A DNA stretch of 41,502 nucleotides from Candidatus Nanopelagicales bacterium (lineage in GTDB: Bacteria > Actinomycetota > Actinomycetes > S36-B12), in contig JBDQGZ010000001.1 in NCBI GenBank assembly GCA_040265115.1, positions 1 through 41,502 of the forward strand, written 5' to 3'. Shown here one piece after another: positions 36,319 to 41,502 of this stretch (position 1 is its first letter; each line of letters opens with the position of its first letter). The notes below the pieces were generated by a model. That model was not told where the DNA came from. It worked only from the letters and a program-made list of their open reading frames with translations, and did not search any database. Both the position numbers and the translations under genes were made by a program.

Positions 36319-37164
36319 TCAGATCGCGCCGTCAGCCCTCGCGGAGAGTGCGGTGAACAGGGCCTCGCGCATGGCCTGTGCCGGGGCATCGCGGCCGGTC
36401 ATGAGGCGCACTTGATCGAGGGCCTGACCGAGCAGCAGATCGGCGCCGGTCGCCACCTGTCCCCCCGCCTCACTCCATCGAGTCGTCAGTGCGGTGGGCC
36501 AGGGGTCGTAGGCCACATCCATGAGCAACTTGGGCATGAGTTCGGACGGCAGATTGATGTCTTCGGCTGCGGAACCCGGGAGCGTGCTGACGACAAGGTC
36601 GGCGTGCCACGCCGAGGACACTTCCTCCCATGAACGAAGCGACACCTGTGCGTGAAGGGCATCGCCCAGCTCCACAAGACCCCTCGCGCGGGATAGTGAG
36701 CGCGCGTAAACGTCGATCACCACCGATGGTCCCTGTCGCTCGATGACCGCGGCCAGCGCGCTACGCGCCGTCGCCCCGGCTCCGATGATGGCCGCGGTCG
36801 TCACCGCGTCGCGATCGACCGCCACGCTGTCCAGCGCCCGGATCATGCCGGGAACATCGGTGTTGTGTCCGATCAGGCCGTCAGAGGACACGATGATCGT
36901 GTTGACCGCTCCCACGAGGCGAGCACGCTCGCTGATCTCATCGACTAACCCGACCGCTTCAGTCTTCAGGGGCATCGTGAGGCTCAGGCCCGCCCAGGAA
37001 TCATCGACGTCGACCAAGAAAGCCCTGAGCCCACCCTCGGGCACGTCATAGGCGTCGTAGTCCCAGTCCAAACCCAGGGCTCGGTACGCCGCACGATGCA
37101 GGACCGGGGAGAGGCTGTGGCCGATGGGTGAGCCGAGCACTCCCGCGCGTCTCGGACCCGTCAC
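36319..37164 (-). CDS. aroE: Shikimate dehydrogenase, 281 aa
   Basis: [48 protein letters not shown] and [11 protein letters not shown]. Confidence 0.9.
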   Translation of the reverse strand: MTGPRRAGVLGSPIGHSLSPVLHRAAYRALGLDWDYDAYDVPEGGLRAFLVDVDDSWAGLSLTMPLKTEAVGLVDEISERARLVGAVNTIIVSSDGLIGHNTDVPGMIRALDSVAVDRDAVTTAAIIGAGATARSALAAVIERQGPSVVIDVYARSLSRARGLVELGDALHAQVSLRSWEEVSSAWHADLVVSTLPGSAAEDINLPSELMPKLLMDVAYDPWPTALTTRWSEAGGQVATGADLLLGQALDQVRLMTGRDAPAQAMREALFTALSARADGAI

Positions 37165-38276
37165 GGCGTTCCAGGGGCAGGCGTGGACTCCATCATGCGG
37201 GCGTAGTTCTCCTGGAACTCCACCTTGAACTCCAAGAACTCTTCATAGGAATCGGTGAACTTGGTCTGCAGCGTGGCCGGATCGACAGTCACGAAATACA
37301 GCCAGTCCCCCTTCGCGGGGCGCAGCGCTGCTTCGAGTGCGTCCTGGCCCGGGGAGTTGATGGGCGTGGGCGGTAGGCCCGTGTTCAGGTAGGTGTTGTA
37401 CGGAGAATTCACGCCCAGCATGTCCTCGGTGACCAAGAGCGTGGATGTGCCGAGGGCATAGTTCACCGTCGAATCGAACTGCAGCGGCAGTCCCTGCTCG
37501 AGTCTGTTGTAGGCCACGCGCGCCACCTTGCGGAAGTCGTCGGGGGCGGCCTCGGCTTGGACGAGCGACGCGACAATAAGCACCTCGTAGGGGGTGTAGT
37601 CCAACCGCCTGGCTCGCTTTTGCAGATCGACCTCACCTGCGGCGATGTCGAAGCGTCGCACCATGGCGGACAGAACATCCTCGGCCTGCGCTCCCGGGAT
37701 GATGTCGTAGGAGGCGGGGAACAGGAATCCTTCCGGGCGCCCCAACGCCCAGGAGGGCAGATCGAGTCCCTCAGGATCAATCAGCACCTGGCTGAGTTGC
37801 TCTTCGGAGATTCCGCTGTGCTTGGAGGTGAGGCGGACGGTGTCGACGAGCCGCAAGCCTTCCGGGAGGACGAGCGGCGCCGCTCGGGAGGAAGGATCCA
37901 GCATCAAGGTGATCGCATCCAACGGATCCATCCCCGTCAACAGGTTATAGACACCGGGACCGATGGTCGCCGCACGCTCCTCGAGTTCTGCAGCCGCCAG
38001 GAATGCCGATGTCGACGTCACAACCGAGGCGTCGACCAATTTTCTTCCCACCGCAGTCAACGAGTCACCCGCGTCGACCACGACCACCGTCGGCAGTCCG
38101 GGGGTGACCGCCGCGGACTCCTCCGGAAGGACTCCCCGCACAGCCTGGGTCGCCCAAGCGACCCCGACAATCAGACCGACGATGCCGAGGAGCGCAGCCG
38201 CCTTGCCGATGAAACTGCGGTCGTTGCGCGAGGGCGGCAGCGGATCGGTGGTGAGGAAGGGAACGAGCTGGCTCAC
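37161..38276 (-). CDS. mltG: Endolytic murein transglycosylase MltG (YceG-like), 371 aa
   Basis: N-terminal TM (AAALLGIVGLIVGVAWA). YceG motifs ASLVQAEA, SPYNTYLNTGLPPTPINSPGQDALEAAL and LYFVT. Confidence 0.9.
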   Translation of the reverse strand: MSQLVPFLTTDPLPPSRNDRSFIGKAAALLGIVGLIVGVAWATQAVRGVLPEESAAVTPGLPTVVVVDAGDSLTAVGRKLVDASVVTSTSAFLAAAELEERAATIGPGVYNLLTGMDPLDAITLMLDPSSRAAPLVLPEGLRLVDTVRLTSKHSGISEEQLSQVLIDPEGLDLPSWALGRPEGFLFPASYDIIPGAQAEDVLSAMVRRFDIAAGEVDLQKRARRLDYTPYEVLIVASLVQAEAAPDDFRKVARVAYNRLEQGLPLQFDSTVNYALGTSTLLVTEDMLGVNSPYNTYLNTGLPPTPINSPGQDALEAALRPAKGDWLYFVTVDPATLQTKFTDSYEEFLEFKVEFQENYARMMESTPAPGTP

Positions 38277-38324
38277 ACCGCACCTCCTCGCCCTTCACGC
38301 TCCAACTCCCCGGTGTGGGAAGCG

Positions 38325-38822
38325 CTACCCCTCGAGGTTAACCCGCCTGCCGGCGGGAATCCCGCTGGCACGCTGCGCATCGAGGGCATGATTGAGCAGG
38401 ATCACCGCAGCCGCCTGGTCGATGACGGCCCGTGAGCGACGCGTGTCCCGTCCGGCTCTATGCAGCCCCCGCTGTGCCTCTCGGGTCGTCAGTCGCTCAT
38501 CGAGCAGTCGCACCTCTCGGTCGGTCCGGCCGGCGAGTTCCCGGGCAAAGCCTTGTGCGGCGTCAGCGGCCGGACCCGGTTCTCCCGAGAGAGTCAGAGG
38601 CAGTCCCACGATGATGGCGCGCGCATCGAATTCCTCGGCGAGGTCAAGGATTCGCTGCACCGTGGTTTCGTCACGTGCGAGGGTCGCCTCCGGCAAGGCG
38701 AGCACGCCGTGTAGATCGCTGCGCGCGATACCCACCCGAACTGAGCCGACATCGACAGCGAGAAGCACGCCCATCGGCGATATGCCCGGCGAGGGCGTGG
38801 TGGCCTCGTCATCCGTGGTCAT
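38325..38822 (-). CDS. ruvX: Holliday junction resolvase-like pre-16S rRNA nuclease RuvX/YqgF, 165 aa from the ATG at 38822
   Basis: VLLAVDVGSVRVGIARSD, IIVGLPLTLSGEPG, VRLLDERLTT and IDQAAAVILL. RBS agagggatgg lies upstream of 38822. Confidence 0.9.
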   Translation of the reverse strand: MTTDDEATTPSPGISPMGVLLAVDVGSVRVGIARSDLHGVLALPEATLARDETTVQRILDLAEEFDARAIIVGLPLTLSGEPGPAADAAQGFARELAGRTDREVRLLDERLTTREAQRGLHRAGRDTRRSRAVIDQAAAVILLNHALDAQRASGIPAGRRVNLEG

Positions 38823-38853
38823 GCCATCCCTCTGCTGACACCACAGCGATCTT

Positions 38854-41502
38854 TCAACGCCCCTCAGCGCGCTGCGTGACGAGAGCAATCACATCGTCGA
38901 AGGCCCGATCGACTCCGTCGACGCGGGTGCCACCGCCCTGCGCAATGTCGTCCTTACCACCCCCGCGACCCTCCACCGCGGTGAGCGCTGCGTCGAGGAC
39001 CTCCTTGGCGGTGAGCCCGAGTTCACGACAACGCTCGTTGACGACACTCACGAGCGCGACGCGGCCATCGGCAACAGCAGCACCGATCATGGCGACACCC
39101 CGGTCAGGGCGCACAGTTCCTCGGGCCCGCAGGGCAAGCTCCCGCAGGTCTCCAGCGTCTGTTCCCTCCGGCGCGCGATAGCACCAGACCCGGAAGTCAC
39201 CCACATCGCGTCCCTCGCCAATCACACCTTCGACGTTGCTGGTCAACTGGGCAGTCTTGATGCGCTGCAGTTCCCGCTCCGCGTCCTTCAGGCGCGTCAT
39301 GAGTGTCTCCATGCGTTCGGGGAGTTCCTCCGCCGGGACCTTCGCCAGCGACGCCAGACGATTGACCAGGATGTGCTCGCGGGCAAGGTGCTGATAGGCA
39401 TCGACTCCGACGAGCGCCTCCACTCGACGCACGCCGGCCCCGATCGAGCCTTCCGAGAGGAAGGTCACCACGCCGAGTTGCCCGGATCGCTGCGCGTGGG
39501 TGCCACCACATAGTTCGTGCGCCCAGTCTCCGACCGACACGACCCGCACCCGGTCGCCGTACTTCTCGCCGAACAGGGCCATGGCTCCGAAGTTTCGGGC
39601 CTCATCAATGGCCATCTCCCGCGCGGTCACATCGAGGTCAGCGATAAGCATCTCGTTCACTCGTGCCTCGACATCGCCAAGCACGGACTCCGGTACGGCC
39701 GAGGCCGAGGGGAAATCGAAGCGGAACCGGCCCGGGGCGTTCTCCGAGCCCATCTGGGTGGCCGTCTCACCCAGGATCTCGCGAAACGACCGATGCACCA
39801 TGTGGGTGGCGGTATGAGCCCGGGATATCGCGCGACGCCGTTCGGTATCAACGCGCCCCATGATCTGCGACCCGGTGTTTACCTCACCAGAGGACACGCT
39901 GGCGCGGTGGACGAATAATCCGGGGACGGGTGACTGCACGTCGAAGACCTCGAGGACCGCACCGTCTGGTGTCTGGAGCATCCCATGATCGCCGAGCTGA
40001 CCACCTGCCTCGGCGTAGAACGGACTGCGATCCATCACTACTTCGACGTAGTCGCCCTCGACCACGGCATCAACCACGGCACCGTCTCGGAGGAGCCCGG
40101 TCACTCGGGCTTCGGTGTCGACCTCGTCGTATCCGGTGAAGGTCGTCGTCCCGCCAGAATCAAGGATTTCCCGGTAGACCGTCACCGGGGTAACCCCTGA
40201 CTTGCGCGATCTAGCATCAGCCTTCGCTCGCTCCCGCTGCTCCCCCATGAGACGCGCGAAGCCCGCCTCGTCAACATCGAGGTCTGCCTCGCGCGCCATC
40301 TCGAGGGTCAGTTCGATGGGGAAGCCGTAGGTGTCGTGCAGTGCGAACGCCTGCTCCCCGGACAGTTCGCGGCCACCCCTGTCCTGGATTTCCTGGGCGG
40401 CGACGTCGAAGATCTGGGTTCCGGTGCGCAGCGTCTGGGAGAAGATCCCCTCCTCCTGCTCGGCTACTGACTCGATGCGTCGTGCCTCGTCATTCAACTC
40501 CGGGTACTGCGGAGCCATTGCCAGGATGGAGGCCTGCATGAGTGAGGTGATCGATGGTTCCTCGCAGCCGAGCAGGCGCATCGTGCGGATCACCCGGCGC
40601 ATCAGGCGACGCAGAACATATCCGCGCCCCTCGTTGCCGGGGAGGACTCCGTCTCCGATCAGGAACGCGCAGGTGCGGCTGTGGTCGGCAATCACCCGCA
40701 GGCCCACATCGGAGCGTTCATCGGTGCCGTAGCGGACGCCGGTGAGATCGCTGGCGCGCTGGAGAATCGCCATCGTGGTGTCGATTTCGTAAATGTTGTC
40801 CACGCCCTGAAGGAGGGCTGCCATGCGCTCTAGGCCCATCCCGGTGTCGATGTTCTTGGCCGGAAGTTCGCCGAGGATCGGGTAGCCTTCCTTCGCCGCA
40901 CCCTCGCCGCGTTCGAACTGCATGAACACGAGATTCCACACCTCGAGGAATCGATCCTCATCGACGATCGGGCCGCCGTCGGGACCGTACCGCGGGCCAC
41001 GGTCGTAGTAGATCTCCGAGCAGGGCCCGCATGGTCCCGGAACGCCCATCGACCAGAAGTTGTCGATCTGTCCGCGCCGCTGGATGCGATCCTTCGGCAT
41101 TCCGACGTCGCGATGCCAGATCTCCGCCGCCTCGTCATCATCGGTGTATACCGTCACCCAGAGCCGATCCTCGGCGAAGCCGAAGCCACCATCCGCGGTG
41201 GAGGATGTCAGCAGTTCCCAGGCATAGGGAATCGCACGTTCCTTAAAGTAATCACCGAAGGAGAAATTGCCCGCCATCTGGAAGAACGAGGCATGTCGAG
41301 TCGTCTTGCCGACCTCATCGATGTCGAGGGTGCGCACACATTTCTGGACACTAGTCGCCGTCCCGTAGGGCGGCGGCACCTCTCCCAGGAAATAGGGCTT
41401 GAAGGGAACCATGCCAGCATTGACAAACAGCAGGGTCGGATCGTCGAGAAGCAGCGACGCCGAGGGAACCATCTGGTGTCCTCGATCAGCAAAGTAGCGC
41501 AG
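38854..41502 (-). CDS. alaS: Alanine--tRNA ligase, 5'-truncated by the window edge
   Basis: The reading frame stays open to the window end (LRYFADRGHQMVPSASLLLDDPTLLFVNAGMVPFKPYF). HxxxH/CxxxH editing-domain metal motif (HTATHMVH and HELCGGTH). C-terminal DHHA1-like domain. Confidence 0.96.
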   Translation of the reverse strand: MRYFADRGHQMVPSASLLLDDPTLLFVNAGMVPFKPYFLGEVPPPYGTATSVQKCVRTLDIDEVGKTTRHASFFQMAGNFSFGDYFKERAIPYAWELLTSSTADGGFGFAEDRLWVTVYTDDDEAAEIWHRDVGMPKDRIQRRGQIDNFWSMGVPGPCGPCSEIYYDRGPRYGPDGGPIVDEDRFLEVWNLVFMQFERGEGAAKEGYPILGELPAKNIDTGMGLERMAALLQGVDNIYEIDTTMAILQRASDLTGVRYGTDERSDVGLRVIADHSRTCAFLIGDGVLPGNEGRGYVLRRLMRRVIRTMRLLGCEEPSITSLMQASILAMAPQYPELNDEARRIESVAEQEEGIFSQTLRTGTQIFDVAAQEIQDRGGRELSGEQAFALHDTYGFPIELTLEMAREADLDVDEAGFARLMGEQRERAKADARSRKSGVTPVTVYREILDSGGTTTFTGYDEVDTEARVTGLLRDGAVVDAVVEGDYVEVVMDRSPFYAEAGGQLGDHGMLQTPDGAVLEVFDVQSPVPGLFVHRASVSSGEVNTGSQIMGRVDTERRRAISRAHTATHMVHRSFREILGETATQMGSENAPGRFRFDFPSASAVPESVLGDVEARVNEMLIADLDVTAREMAIDEARNFGAMALFGEKYGDRVRVVSVGDWAHELCGGTHAQRSGQLGVVTFLSEGSIGAGVRRVEALVGVDAYQHLAREHILVNRLASLAKVPAEELPERMETLMTRLKDAERELQRIKTAQLTSNVEGVIGEGRDVGDFRVWCYRAPEGTDAGDLRELALRARGTVRPDRGVAMIGAAVADGRVALVSVVNERCRELGLTAKEVLDAALTAVEGRGGGKDDIAQGGGTRVDGVDRAFDDVIALVTQRAEGR

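Overview
This is a high-GC Actinomycetota core-chromosome segment with about 35 protein genes and one tRNA. I see no rRNA, CRISPR array, transposase, integrase, toxin-antitoxin pair or recognisable defence module. All folds, motif searches and start-codon choices below were done by hand and need computational confirmation.

Gene order, left to right:
- uvrA, an MBL-fold hydrolase, a TerC-family membrane protein, uvrB and rpsA.
- A cell-envelope glycoconjugate locus: DUF3068 membrane protein, acyltransferase_3, a 1407-aa AftD-like GT-C protein, a SAM methyltransferase, a GT4 glycosyltransferase, a DUF2613 mini-protein, a 596-aa polytopic membrane protein and a MOP-family flippase.
- A lipoprotein alpha/beta hydrolase, polA and a PaaI-type thioesterase.
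- A livHMGF-type ABC importer with a convergent lipoprotein binding protein.
- A PdtaR-like ANTAR response regulator, then one tRNA.
- nusB and efp, then the translationally coupled mltG-aroE-aroC-aroK-aroB-aroQ block, ruvX and a 5'-truncated alaS.

I do not find a convincing new multi-gene system; the window is mostly conserved housekeeping synteny. The observations most worth a second look are:
1. A 74-nt tRNA with anticodon CAA and a Leu-type D-arm but only a 5-nt variable loop.
2. uvrB, whose conserved N-terminus can only be translated from a non-canonical CTG or ATT codon overlapping the rpsA stop, with no coaE between the two genes.
3. A LivH permease fused to an N-terminal signal peptide, a roughly 85-aa beta-rich extracytoplasmic domain and a Gly7 linker.
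4. A compact arrangement of two envelope gene modules that are separated in mycobacteria.
5. Small intergenic oddities: a perfect 20-bp tandem duplication, a 12-mer shared by two convergent-gene hairpins, and a very stable hairpin abutting the RBS of the binding-protein gene just downstream of the ANTAR regulator.
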